A DNA stretch of 56,327 nucleotides, filler included, from Sluysia triapertura (Eukaryota): NCBI GenBank assembly GCA_046118255.1. It is 4 parts of 4 records of this genome, joined end to end, with 100 filler letters (N's around TTAATTAATTAA, not from the genome) between each part and the next. Parts side by side here need not be neighbours in the genome. Positions count along the whole stretch, not along the records: positions 25,788 to 44,946 come from JBJNIA010090900.1; 3 more parts are not named here. One strand, given 5' to 3'. Below the pieces are notes generated by a model, which was not told where the DNA came from, searched no databases, and worked only from the letters and a program-made list of their open reading frames with translations. Shown here in pieces: positions 27,000-39,100 of this stretch; the stretch's first letter is position 1, and each line of letters starts with the position of its first letter. The translations under genes were made by a program, and so were the position numbers.

Positions 27000-27430
27000 G
27001 CTTAAATCTTTATTAAAGCCTTCTACGATTATTCGTATTACTGTAAAATTATTCCTTATAAAGTCTCAGCTTGCTATTAAAATTTACTTTGAAGGTCAAA
27101 GTTTATTCGTCTCAGATGCGCCATATAGAAATTCAATTAGTTCTATTCAAATTAAAACTGAAATTTTCTCTCCTTTATTTCAACGAAACGAAACTAAATA
27201 AAATGAAAGATACCACAAGTAATTTGGTTTTAGTTTAATTACTATTATTGAAAGTTATTTTAATGGTTTTAATTATTATGGCAAATTTTATATTATTCCA
27301 TTAAATTTTTAACAATAATATATTTTTGTTCCTGTATTTTAAGTGTCAACAAATCTGATGTATTTTCAAAGAAACCTCATGTATCTTCAATTTACCTGAT
27401 ATAATTTAGTCATCAAGAAGTTTCAATTCA
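27000..27430 (-). mobile_element. Probable Gypsy RT relic
   Basis: LLDD*IISG resembles the RT catalytic YLDDIIISG. The remainder is very degenerate. Confidence 0.3.
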
Positions 27431-27505
27431 ATATCTTCCTTATATAGTAATTATGCAGTTAATTTATTCAATGTTGCTTAATAGATAGCATTTGATTAAA
27501 TTTTT

Positions 27506-27507
<2 letters not shown>

Positions 27508-27573
<66 letters not shown>
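27508..27573. repeat. (TAA)n microsatellite
   Basis: Direct inspection. It produces the spurious poly-Ile ORF. Confidence 0.95.
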
Positions 27574-27576
<3 letters not shown>

Positions 27577-28310
27577 GTAATAGAATAATAGTATAATCGT
27601 TATGACAATTACAATACAATGCTAATAATATTATATATTGTTGAGGACATATTTTCATTGTGTTAAATAACTCTTTATTGACTTTTGCATTGTAAATAAT
27701 TTCTTAAAACAGTGCTTAGGCACATTATGTTATCAAAGTATTCGCAATTACTATTTAAAATTTTATTAAATTTATAAAATGAATAACAAAAGACGAATTG
27801 GATATATGTGTAGTTACAGCTTACATCTAAAGAGCAGAACTCCATGAACATAAAACAAAACCTCAAAAACCAACTAGAAAACTTATAATTGTTTAATAAA
27901 ATTAACATATTGTTTTTCCTTTCCGAGGTCAGACCAAATTTTCTTGCAGCATCTTCATCTTTGATCGTGACTTTTGTTTTCAATATTTGTAGTTCTGGTC
28001 ATTGCAAAAGTTCTTGAACCAAATGATTAAGTTTACTTGGTGGTTTATTACACAATATTTTAACTAAATTGCACAACATTTGATTATCTTTAACAATGAT
28101 ACAATTAGTAGTTGCTGCAACATACTTTTCTGAACATTCAACTAATGGCACAACATTTGATTATTTTTGTCATTCGAAAATTTTTAAAATATTTTAAATT
28201 TTGAGACCTTAGGCCAATTAGTAAAATAATTACAAGAGCATGTAAATATAAATTGCATTTTGTAAATCAAAAAGGTAAATCATTATTTACATGCACAATA
28301 ATTATACAAA

Positions 28311-28637
28311 TCATAACAATAAAATGATAAGCGAAATAAAAGACGAAGATGAGTTTAAGGATATAATATAACGTCGATGGTGAATATTATGGTGATGTGT
28401 ATGACTTGTACTAGTAGCATTAGAGTTGGTTGAAGTAGTGGTGGAAGAAGCAGCATTATTAGGTTGGTGTGAATAATTATGCGGCTGCGTAAGATGCGTG
28501 CCGCTGCTATTAAAGTTTGTAAGAGGATGGAAGTGTTGGGGCAGAAAACTATGCGGATGTTGTAATCCATAATGAAGATGATGCTGTGGAGTAGGGTGCA
28601 TAGTTGGAAGTGTCGAATCAAAAGGAAAATGTTCTTT
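28311..28637 (-). CDS. His/Pro/Ser/Thr-rich low-complexity exon of unknown gene
   Basis: Acceptor-like ttctcttcttaaag before EHFPFDSTLPTMHPTPQHHLHYGLQHPH..SSTTTSTNSNATSTSHTHHH. Locally higher GC. Confidence 0.35.
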   Translation of the reverse strand, partial: KEHFPFDSTLPTMHPTPQHHLHYGLQHPHSFLPQHFHPLTNFNSSGTHLTQPHNYSHQPNNAASSTTTSTNSNATSTSHTHHHNIHHRRYIISLNSSSSFISLIILLL

Positions 28638-31301
28638 AAGAAGAGAATTTAGTTTGCGTTTACCATGATGAGACTGACGAAATTTGGCGGGCTCATCAGG
28701 AAGACATATCTAGTTTTATATAGAAAATCAAGAAAATATATGTAATATCTAGAAGAAATGTTGGCGGGTCTGAGATGAGTGGAAGTAAAGAAAGCTTCAA
28801 CTGTGGTAGACCATAGTAATTGACATACTTCTACATTGCACACAAAATAATAATGAAATGGGTGAGTAGGAAAGTGATAAAAATAGTACGATGACGATCT
28901 GACATGTAATAATAATGAGAATAAAATAAATATCAGTTGAAAGTTCATAAAACTAATTTCTATTAATGTTAGTAAATAAGATGATAATTTAAAGTTTTAA
29001 GGGTTTAAGGGTTAGTACTTGATGATAAGGATATGAAAATTGATGAAGTATTTTGTGTTAGTATCACAATACAATCGTGATAGGTTGGACTACTACAGTT
29101 CGATTACTTCATTTAAGATTAGATTTTAATTATAGAAAATTTGTAAGAATATGAATGCACTTGAATATAATTAGTGATAAAATTTATGGAATCTACGGAA
29201 AACAAGGAAAAGAAACATTCAAAGAATAAACAATTCATATAAAATAAATGAAGGTAAGGTAAACAGACTGACTAAAATTAAGAATCAAAAGAAATTTACA
29301 AACACTATTGGTAACAATGAGAAAAATAAATAATCAAATCATTTTGTATTTTCTTTTTCATGTTAATGACCAAATAAATGCGAAAGAATTGGTCGAAGAA
29401 TAGGAATAACTCTTAGCTTAACTTCGAGTAACTTAAAAAAGTTCTCGAGGACATGAATTGGAAACTTCTTCTGTATTAATGCATATTTTCAAGTAGTACA
29501 TCGAATGATGTATGGTTTTTATATTGAAAAATGATTCGTTAAATATTAGTTTATTTTTAAATTGGTATTACTACTTAATAAACTTTCCTCACATATAGGT
29601 CGAAATAGGATTAGTGACACAAATACAATATTATTATTTTATAATTTATACATGTAACGATATGAATTTCATTTTTGAATATTAGAGTGGTTAATGCTCT
29701 TCATTTGGGTTTTAATTGTCATTGAACAAGACAATGCTATTCACTTTTGTCTTTTCAGGGCGTATGAAATATCCATTAGAATTCTTTAAAAATAATTTTG
29801 TCAATGGTTGCTCTTATTGTTAAATTATTTATTATTTTGCGGTAAATGAAAGTGCAATTAAGAAATAGTATAACACTGAATTCATTTTGTTGAATCTTAA
29901 GCGAGATAAATTGCACAACAATATGTAAAAGAATTTGCATATAATTTTCGTAGATCAAATAACAATTGTAATTTCTCAAAAGTTGGTGTGATGTAAATGA
30001 CATTTCGAAATATGGACTCGACATTAGTAATGGATGAAGCTTTAAAATCTGGTCCAAGTCCAGAATCCTACGAAGAATAGTATATGATAATGACAAAGTA
30101 TTCCTAAGTAGAGAAGTTTAACATAGGCCATGTATATTATCCACAAACAAATGTTAAAGTAGAAATAATGTACGATTAGATAATTTGTGACAACAATTTA
30201 GTTGTTCACACATTTGTTCTCTTAAAAGCTATTATATAAATTCATCTTCTTTTTAAAGTTGTAGGTCAAGAAATGAACAAGTTCATTAAATTAGTAATTA
30301 CCTAGTAATATATGAGACATCAATCATTCTTATACTTTGATGGTACGATTTAAATCACAAAATAAGATTATCTACGGTACTGTGACAAAGAGTACATGTA
30401 TTTACACCTGATTGGTAAAGTTTGTATAGAGTTTATGATAGATTTATTAATGTATTTAATATGTAAAGTAAATAATTAACTGAATTTTCAAATTAATGTT
30501 ATTAATGAATAGTTGTGATGATGAAAGGATAGTGATAAAAGATAATACATGAATATGAATAATTAACTCATGATAAAGTATTAAAACTTATTTTTATAAA
30601 ATTAGTAGTAAGATATACTGTGTTTAAACAATTATAATTATAATTGTAATAATAATTATTATTGAGATTTTTAATTAATATTTTAATTGGTAATAAACAA
30701 AGCTATTCATTTGGGGCTATTAAAGCTATAAATTAACATTATTTTAGAATAACAGTATGTTTGAATAATTGCTTCATTTGTTTAACAACAGATTCTTTTA
30801 ATAACTTCCTATAATTAAAAACTACAATAAAATGCATACCTACATTAGAAAATGATGATTGTCAAGGTTGTAAGTATTGGAAAATATGTTTGCTTACATA
30901 TCAAGGTTCACTGTTTTGCTGGAACTTTCAGAATTATGCTTTTTCAATTCTTATTCAAACTATTTTTATTCTTATATGATGTACACGTATTACACACTCA
31001 AAAATATTATAGGTCTTCCAATTTTCGTATCTGGTACAATGATCATCAGTTCGTCATTGTTATTTATAGTAATTATAATTTCAGTTAGCAATAAATTAAT
31101 TGGAAATTGTAATTCTTCATTCATCTATAACACCTAAGAGTGATAATTAATTTGAAATTTTGGCATATCATTCAAATAATGAAAATATTGAAAATGTTCT
31201 TTCAAATTTCAAATAATAAAAATATGTAAGGAAATTATAAAAGAAACTCTCAATATTAATTCTTAGTACAATTATGTTACTAAAATTATTTTAACACTAA
31301 C

Positions 31302-31646
31302 CATTAGCAGGAGGTGTATCAAAGTAATTATCGGGACTTGTATCACACTCGTACTTATTACAAACCTTAATTTTAATGTTATAACGAGTGATATCAGTTA
31401 AATTTTGAGCTGGATATAAAAATTTGTACAGATAATTGTTAGAAGAGGTCGGTAACTCAGTTAGTAAGTTCTTAACATCTTTTTCATTTTTGTATTCGAT
31501 ATTAAATCTTTGATTTGTCTTGCTATTGAATATAGAAATAGTAACGGCGTTAATAGGAGATCTTGAGTTAACTTGCCATTCTGCAGAATGATAATCCGAG
31601 TATTTGCTTGAAATCGGTGAAACAATTTTCAAATTAAGAGGTTTTA
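31302..31646 (-). CDS. Exon encoding a fibronectin type III-like domain
   Basis: AG acceptor at ~31647 and G|GTTAGT donor at 31302/31301. Peptide KPLNLKIV..EWQV..NLTDITRYNIKIKVCNKYECDTS...FDTP fits the FN3 pattern (P.NL, W, L...T.Y.I.V...N....S....F.T). Confidence 0.6.
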
Positions 31647-31838
31647 CTAAATAATAATAATATTATCATCATAATTATTATTATTATACAATACTAATAA
31701 TTAAGTGTTATTATTGATAATTAAAAATTAAAAAAAATTTTGAATGAAATTTTAAGAAGACGTAATCTATGTGAAAGCACAGAATTTTGTATAAACAATA
31801 TTTTAATCTTTATTTAAAATTTTCACAAATTTGTTTAA

Positions 31839-32180
31839 CCTTAGTATTACCAAGAACAAAAATTACGTAGATTATCAAGCGTGGATAAAAATTGTCCACA
31901 ATATACATTTCTTTATTTTCAAATTTAAACACACTCATTACATATTATACTCTTCTTTGAATGTAAAAGACAAACATAATTGTTGCATTTACCAAACATA
32001 CTAGAAATTCTTTTAGATTTTTGCTTTTTCTTCGCTTGTTACAGAATATTTAAAACAAATGAAGCATCTTCCACGGAAAGTTTTTGTTACTGATGATGAT
32101 ATTGATGTTGTGTTTAAATTCAGATCAAAACATTAGTGTGCAATTCTACGATGTGTCTTCTTTCCGTGTGAGGTTTAACT
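31839..32180 (-). mobile_element. piggyBac 3' end relic with Cys-rich C-terminal domain
   Basis: RGRCFIC...(fs)..KCNNYVCLLHS....ICNEC matches the piggyBac CRD (C-x2-C..C-x2-C-x4-C-x2-H..C-x2-C). The element ends ..AAGG-TTAA at 31835-31842. Confidence 0.6.
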
Positions 32181-32723
32181 AACACAAAACTAAAAAAGAA
32201 AATAATAATTAAAAATTCATGTTTCATGAAACGGAAATTATTTTAAATTGTACGGAATATTTATAAAATTAGATTAAACAAATTGCTAAACTTCATCTCA
32301 ATTAATTAATATTAATTATAAAATTTTAAATGTTGAAACACATTTCTTATTATAAAATCTGAGTTGTCTTTATTTTTACACTTAGAAAGTGATATGAATG
32401 GAAAGCTGTCAGTCATCTAAATTCATAATTTAAAGTGTTTTGAGATTCTTCAGACTTAAATAATTTATTTATGTGGCATTGTGGGGATCTTACTTAAATT
32501 AGTAAGCTTGTTATTAAATGAAACAAATAATTAATATTTATTTTGTAAATAAATAAAATATTTCAAGTTGATAAATTGTGTCATGTAATACTCATATTGT
32601 AATACTCATAATGAAATAAAATAAAAATTGATTGTTTTTCAAATAATGTTTAACTTATTTAATTTTAATGATTTTATTTAACTTTGATAAAATAAATGTA
32701 TCATTATTACAGTACTAACGGTT

Positions 32724-32886
32724 TTAAGACATTCGCTACCAGAGTCGCACTTGTGGCGTGTCTACCTTATCAGTTTTCGATAAGATGTTGCACTATTTTT
32801 CGCGATTAAAAAACAAATGCCATTTAAAGTCATTTCATAAGAAAAATTTCCTTGGGCTGTGGTACAAGATATTCTTCTCAAGCTCC
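32724..32886 (+). mobile_element. TTAA-type (piggyBac-like) MITE family B, copy 1
   Basis: Begins TTAA-GACATTCGCTACC. The body is the reverse complement of 53474-53640 (shared tttaaagtcatttcataagaaaaatttcc..ttcttctcaagctcc). Confidence 0.7.
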
Positions 32887-33949
32887 ATATTAATAACAAT
32901 GTTCAAAACAAGTTTATAGATCTAGATTTACTAAGCATAAAAAGATTATTAAACAAATATTTGAAAAATATTTGTATTAGCATTGGTTATTGGTATGATG
33001 AAATGGTCAAGTTTACTTGGCCTTGTTTATTGAATAAGAGCATATTCTATGTGAAATTAAGTAACTATATATAGCACTCGACTTTTTGGTAAAACAGATA
33101 ATTGCGTTCGAGAGAAATTACGTCTGCCTAAAAGTATGAAGGTTTATAAAGATCCTTTATTGAGATAATTCATGTTTTTCTCATGTTTACCATTTGGTTC
33201 ATGAATACGCTCATATTTATATGGTACAACATTGTAAGATTCGATCGAATTGTAAGAGTAAAATCTTTACGAGAATACTGATGACTAAGTGTTAGTTTAA
33301 TCTCTAATTGGGACAATAATTTTATATTTATTAAATTTGTTTCTATCATTTCGTTTAACATCATCTTAGAATTATTGTTAAGATTTGAAAAGATGTTTTT
33401 ATAATTTTCAAAAATTTCGACAAAATTTAACTTAAAACAGATATGATTTATCAAATTAGGACGCCGTAATACATGGTATTAATGGTGGCTCAACCGATTA
33501 CCTCGATCATATTATATTAATAACATCACTTACAAATACGAAAAGTTTGTCACAAAAAGATATCACAATACGTTTCACTTATACCATCACATAACATCCC
33601 ATCAAATCCCGTACTTTCACCATTACATTTCAACTCCAAAAACAATAGTCATAAAATCATCGATTAAAATTAAATTCTAAGTTTATAATACCAATGTTAC
33701 CACACTCCAAACTTTAAAATAAATATAGTCGCCATTGTCATCGTATCATTGTTATCATTTTTTCACTTTTGCTCATATTTATATTTTTATATTCATGTTT
33801 TTATAATGTATATGTTTTAAAGATCGTGAAAGAACTCAAGAAATGTGTATTTTATGAAACATATGGTCAAAGATACAGAATTAAACACAAAAAATTGTTT
33901 AATTAAAGAATATAAATAAGTTGGTTAAAAAGATATTAAATTGTTTTAT

Positions 33950-34620
33950 TGAATGAAGAACCATATCTAAGTCGACCTTAGTACTATTTTTAGAATTTCA
34001 CAAATTTTTAAAGTTACTTTGAAATTACAATTTTAAAAAATCAATGAAGATGTTGCAAAATACAATGCGGAACTAATCTGAGATGAATTCTGTTCAGATA
34101 AATTTCAAATTAGGATTTCTAAGGCTGAGTGAAAAGAAAAGTAAAGTTAGTGACATAACTTCAAATGCATAAAGTTGAAATTTTGGATACGTACCACCAT
34201 GACCATCAAAATTGTATAAATGATGATTTAATTGTAGTTAACCTTAAAGTTATGATTTGAATCAAATTTAAAATGATGACGATGTTTACGTATTTAAGCA
34301 TGTCACTTCGGCATGTCGTATGATTATCACTTCGTATTTGGATCACCAACCACGTAACTCCGATTGTTTTAGATTGTTTGCATAAAGAGTCACTCACAGG
34401 CCGTCTGAAAGGTGATAAACAAAATGTGAGTCAAAGGTTTTGAACATCGGAATTCAAAATGTAAGGAATTTATAATTGTAGATCATTTAAAACTCGAAAT
34501 AATATCAGTCATGCATTAGCCTAGTGCGTCAGAACGATAATGTATCCTCGACTACTGTTCGATGTTCATACTGGTCAGTATATGATTATTATTCGTAATT
34601 TTGCATTTTACGATTCACCA
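33950..34620 (+). mobile_element. Ty3/Gypsy RT-integrase relic
   Basis: FTYLSMSL (cf. FEY.RMPFG), VLDCLHKESLTGRL.GDK..VSQRF* (cf. H2C2 region), YDYYS*F (cf. VDYFSKF). Confidence 0.5.
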
Positions 34621-35847
34621 TGTATTATCAAGTTTTGTTATTTACATGTCACAAAATTAGCCTGCATACAAATTTGTTGATTCTTATTTTTAGTGTTAAT
34701 TTTAAATGTTACGTGTGGTGACCAACCCATTAATTTTAACGAATTTTATTAAAATTTCCATTTAAACATTAAAACCACATACATCAAGAAAATAAATCAC
34801 ATTTTCAACATTGTACAAGCATCTTTTCAACGTACCAAAACATAGCCTACGATCTATCTTATTCACATCCATTAAACTATTCTTTTTCAACATATGCATA
34901 ATTCACAGTCCTTTAACATCCAAACATTAATGTACATTTATCATCCATTTTTTAACATTTATATTATTTCAAAATACTTAAGTTATAACCTTCTACATCC
35001 AAATACATCTTCAGTAAGAAACATTAAATAACATTTAAAAATTAACTTTAAACTAGTAAAGAACATTTAAAATTATATTAAAATGTTTTACGCATGGTCT
35101 TATAACATAAGAATCACACTACACTATAAAATCTCATTGTAAACACGTAACAATAGTTTGTAACACCATAGGTTCATAAAAGTTTAACATTCAACCTAAA
35201 ATAATTAACTTCTGTAAACTAAGAAATTGAATTTTAAATATGTTGAGAAATACTACCATATTAAGGAAAGAAAGTTCATGTTCTTTAAGTTAAAAGATTT
35301 ATGTAAATTATATTAAAATAATAATAATAACATTAAAATTATTATTATTCTTGTCATAAATTGTTCTCGTCATAAAAATTATTTGGTAACTGCCATCATC
35401 AATAGTGACACTTTTGGTTCACATGTTGGTTTAATGTCACTATTGACGATGGTTATTACGATAGTAATTACATCTAAATTCTATCAAGTAACAATTGATT
35501 GGATATCCAATCATAACCTCAATTGCAAAAATTTTCTGCTAAAATTGGATTGGATATCCAATCAACTCGAGTGGCTAATAATGGAACAGAGTACTGATAG
35601 TAAAAAATACAATCAAAAATTGATATAATGGATTTTATAAAAGATGCCAAATACCACAAGATGAAATTAAAAATCAATGACAAATATAAATATAATATAC
35701 ATTCGCTTGTAGAAACTAATATTCCATTATTTACAAATGTATTTAAGAGATTATTTTTAGAAAGTAAAAAATTGATCGAAGTTATTGCAATAATAATTAT
35801 ACTTTGGATTATTTACTTAAGTCATATAATCGTATCCGAGAAGGTTT

Positions 35848-37302
35848 TCAGTTCGAATTGCTTGAAATCAATAAAACTAGTAATGATTTTAGTAGTTTTA
35901 AACTCTTTATTAATTTTAATTTAAAGTCAAGGAATACTTTATTTAAATTATTAAATGTAAAATCTTTTAAATTATTATATGTAAAATTATTAGAAGTCTT
36001 TAGAATTAAAAAATTACAAAACATAATCAAAAACAAATTGACAAATACAAATTTATTATTTATTATTACATTAAAAAACTTTATTTTTGTTATTTCTTGC
36101 AGTTGAGAGTCTAAAACAAAATGAAAATTTAAGTTATAAACAAAGTAATGAAAAGAATTAATTACATTATGAGGATACTGTGAAACTTGTAAAATCCACG
36201 CCATCATATTTTGGTCTTGAAACAGTAAGCATTCTGTGCATTTAATTTTAATAGAATTGACTTTGATATTATTTTGAGATAAATAAATTTCTAATAGAAC
36301 AAAAACATCTGCTGTGTCACGCTTGGATAATTTTCGCATTAGTTCTATAAAAACATTATACAATTCACTAATTGTGATATCATTGCCGCCCCTACTAATA
36401 CTCATACAAACGTTTGTAAAACCACCACTAATAACATCATCATAATCAGCAATTTTATTCAATTTATCTTTTTTAGACTTTTTATAGACGATGTTTATTT
36501 TATAATTTAAAATCTAATAACTTGAGAACACCTCTGAAAATTCGATCAATTAACATAAATATAAAATCAATTGTCATGTTATCATGGACAAGATGGATGA
36601 GATAACTCATCACAAGATGAGCAGAATTACTACGAACATTTATTTCTTCTTTCGTATTTAACACAAAATAAGGTAAGTGATCATTATGAAAAGATGTAAA
36701 ATATTTGAATAAAAATGCAATATGTAGTAGAACATTAACTTGTGCTACAAATTTTAAATTATCTTTACTATAAGTAGTCATCAACATCTTAAATGAGATG
36801 GCGATACTTTCATTAATACGACCGTAGCCTTTCAGAAAATCAATTAAGAAAATCATAGATTCATCTACATTATTCATTTGACTCAATGCAGTATTACTTT
36901 TTTTCTCTTTAAACATATTCTCTACAAGTAAATGAGAATCAAAAATATAATATATCTAGTTAAAACGTTCGTTATTAGTAACTGAACTTGTTCTTTGAAA
37001 AATAATAAATGATTACTATATGTATAAATTGGATCCAATGAAACAAAATTAAAAATTTTAAACAATTCTTTTATTCATTCTGAAAGTGGAACTATGTGTC
37101 CTGGATTGTGTACAAGAATTGAATAGCATCGTTCAATACACTCAAAAATGACACATTTAAATCTTTCATATGCATCACCAACTAGTAAACTAATTAATTC
37201 GCTGCTGTTCTCAGATGATACTAAAGAAAACTCTATTAAGATATCAGATATTTGGCATTTAGAATCATAATGTGCTCCAAATAGCTTTTTAGTTTCATTC
37301 AT
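35848..37302 (-). CDS. Unidentified multi-segment gene or pseudogene (helical protein)
   Basis: Three collinear minus-strand ORFs (75, 138, ~100 aa) with protein-like composition. Apparent GT-AG intron at ~36166-36113. A single-base frameshift separates ORFs 36500-36916 and 35848-36462. Confidence 0.4.
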
Positions 37303-38399
37303 CTGTGAATTTTTATCTATTCGGTTAGACGTTTATTTATTTGTTTCTCAATATTATTGACGTTTTGAAACTCTCTAATTTTTCAATTTTTATAATTGTG
37401 ATTTTGCGACTGTCAATTTTTATGAACCAATTAATCTGATTGGACGACCATTATTAAAATTAAAACAGAAACATTGAGTGAAATGCCACCATCAGTACTG
37501 ACATAAATCTATTTACAGTAATGAGCAATGTCAGTACTGGTGATGGTAGATACAATTTTTAATATTTAGATAAAATTATGAAGTTTAATGTTAATAATAA
37601 TAACAATAATGTTGCTATTATTATTAACATTAATTAAATACAAAATATGTAAAAATACATGAATTCCGTGTAAATTCCACACGATCTTTCTATTATTTTT
37701 CTTTATATTTCTTACATATTTTGAATTCAAACTAAAAATAATTAAATTGAGTGTAATAACAATAATAATAAGAGAAACGATGTTATAGTTATTATTGCTA
37801 TTAAACTTCATAAACTCTTGAATTCTTTAAAAACCGAACACGATCTTATTTTAAATGCTTTATATTTCTAAACATATTAGAAACTAAAAATTTTTAAGTA
37901 AAGGTTGGTTTAAGCGAATGTGAAAGAGATACATTATAGTAAAAGTTTTAGTATATTTGAAAGGCTATTGTACAATGTTGATAATGTGATTTGTTCTCTT
38001 TCTATTTTTAAGTGGTATTGTCTTTTGTGCTGTTAGGGATTATGTGATAACAAATGATGAATTTACAATGTCGAAATTGATTCGAAGGCCTCGGGTGGCT
38101 AATTACGGATGAGGTTGTAGTTTGATTGTTATGAATATCGAGTAAGATTTTTTTGATGGATCTGTTGATGTAAATTGATGATATTGGATGTAAGTGTGGT
38201 TTGTATGTATGAGATTCTGGCAGATGAACTGTTTTAGTGAGCGTAGAGAAGATAAATATGTGAATATTAGAGTGTTAAAGGATTATTTTTTAAGAAAAAT
38301 TTAATAACAGTGAAAGTTGACCACCACAATGATAATAGTCGTAAACGATGGAGATGCTTACGTCTTAGTATCAAATTGTCATTTGTAGTGTTTGTTTGC

Positions 38400-39100
38400 A
38401 GTTTCTCTGTCCTGGCTCGATATTAATATTCTAGAACCATTTGTTCACCAAGTTTTAGAGAAGTTGAGTACTAGGCTGAAAAGTGGTTAATGTATGCTCA
38501 TCATAAATAGACATCAGGTTCGTGATTTCAGAGCTGTCATTGTAGGTATTAGTAACATAGCCAGACTATGCATTGACAACCATATGGAAATATTCTCTCA
38601 ATGTCATTTGGTTTCAGAGATCAAAAGTTTAATTGAAAATGTAAAGGAGAATGTCTTTTGTGAGTTTGTTTTGCGAATTTCTAGTGAATTAATCAAGATT
38701 GGTGAAGATAGATTTAATATGACTCAAAATATGCTTGGTTTTTCAATGAAAACAGATATGACGAGAACAATCTATATCGGAGCTTCAATCTCATGCCGAC
38801 AATTATTAATATCCTCTGTGACTACTTCGAGCTATGTGAGGGAAATTTGATTGTCATTATGCGAGTGGGAGAAAGTCTTATATTGCATATGAGGTTGACT
38901 AAAGTTTGGAATTACTACGTCAAAAAAGACAAAAAATCCCATGTCATGTGTTCCTTGATAAAAGAAATCAAGAACAAGTCCAAGATTTCAATTCGAACGC
39001 AGCGACTATCTAATACAGAATCGTCGATGTCTATTAAATAATATTTGATCAAATGTTATCTGTTGATCAAACCTGTATATCGATATGACACTAGACAACA
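38400..39100 (-). mobile_element. Ty1/Copia integrase relic
   Basis: HIDI (cf. HSDV.GP), KYYLIDIDDS (cf. KYF..FIDD.SR), IFPYGCQCIV (cf. LRVFGC.AYV), LKSRT*CLF (cf. KLD.RS..CIF), in the correct order. Confidence 0.45.

Noticed and set aside
27464-27658. Poly-Ile 'membrane protein' ORF and other short hydrophobic ORFs (e.g. 13003, 37566, 7779)
   Set aside because: Products of (TAA)n microsatellites and AT-rich composition.
38494-39041. Plus-strand ORFs of 118 and 82 aa
   Set aside because: Probably shadow frames of the minus-strand Copia integrase relic.
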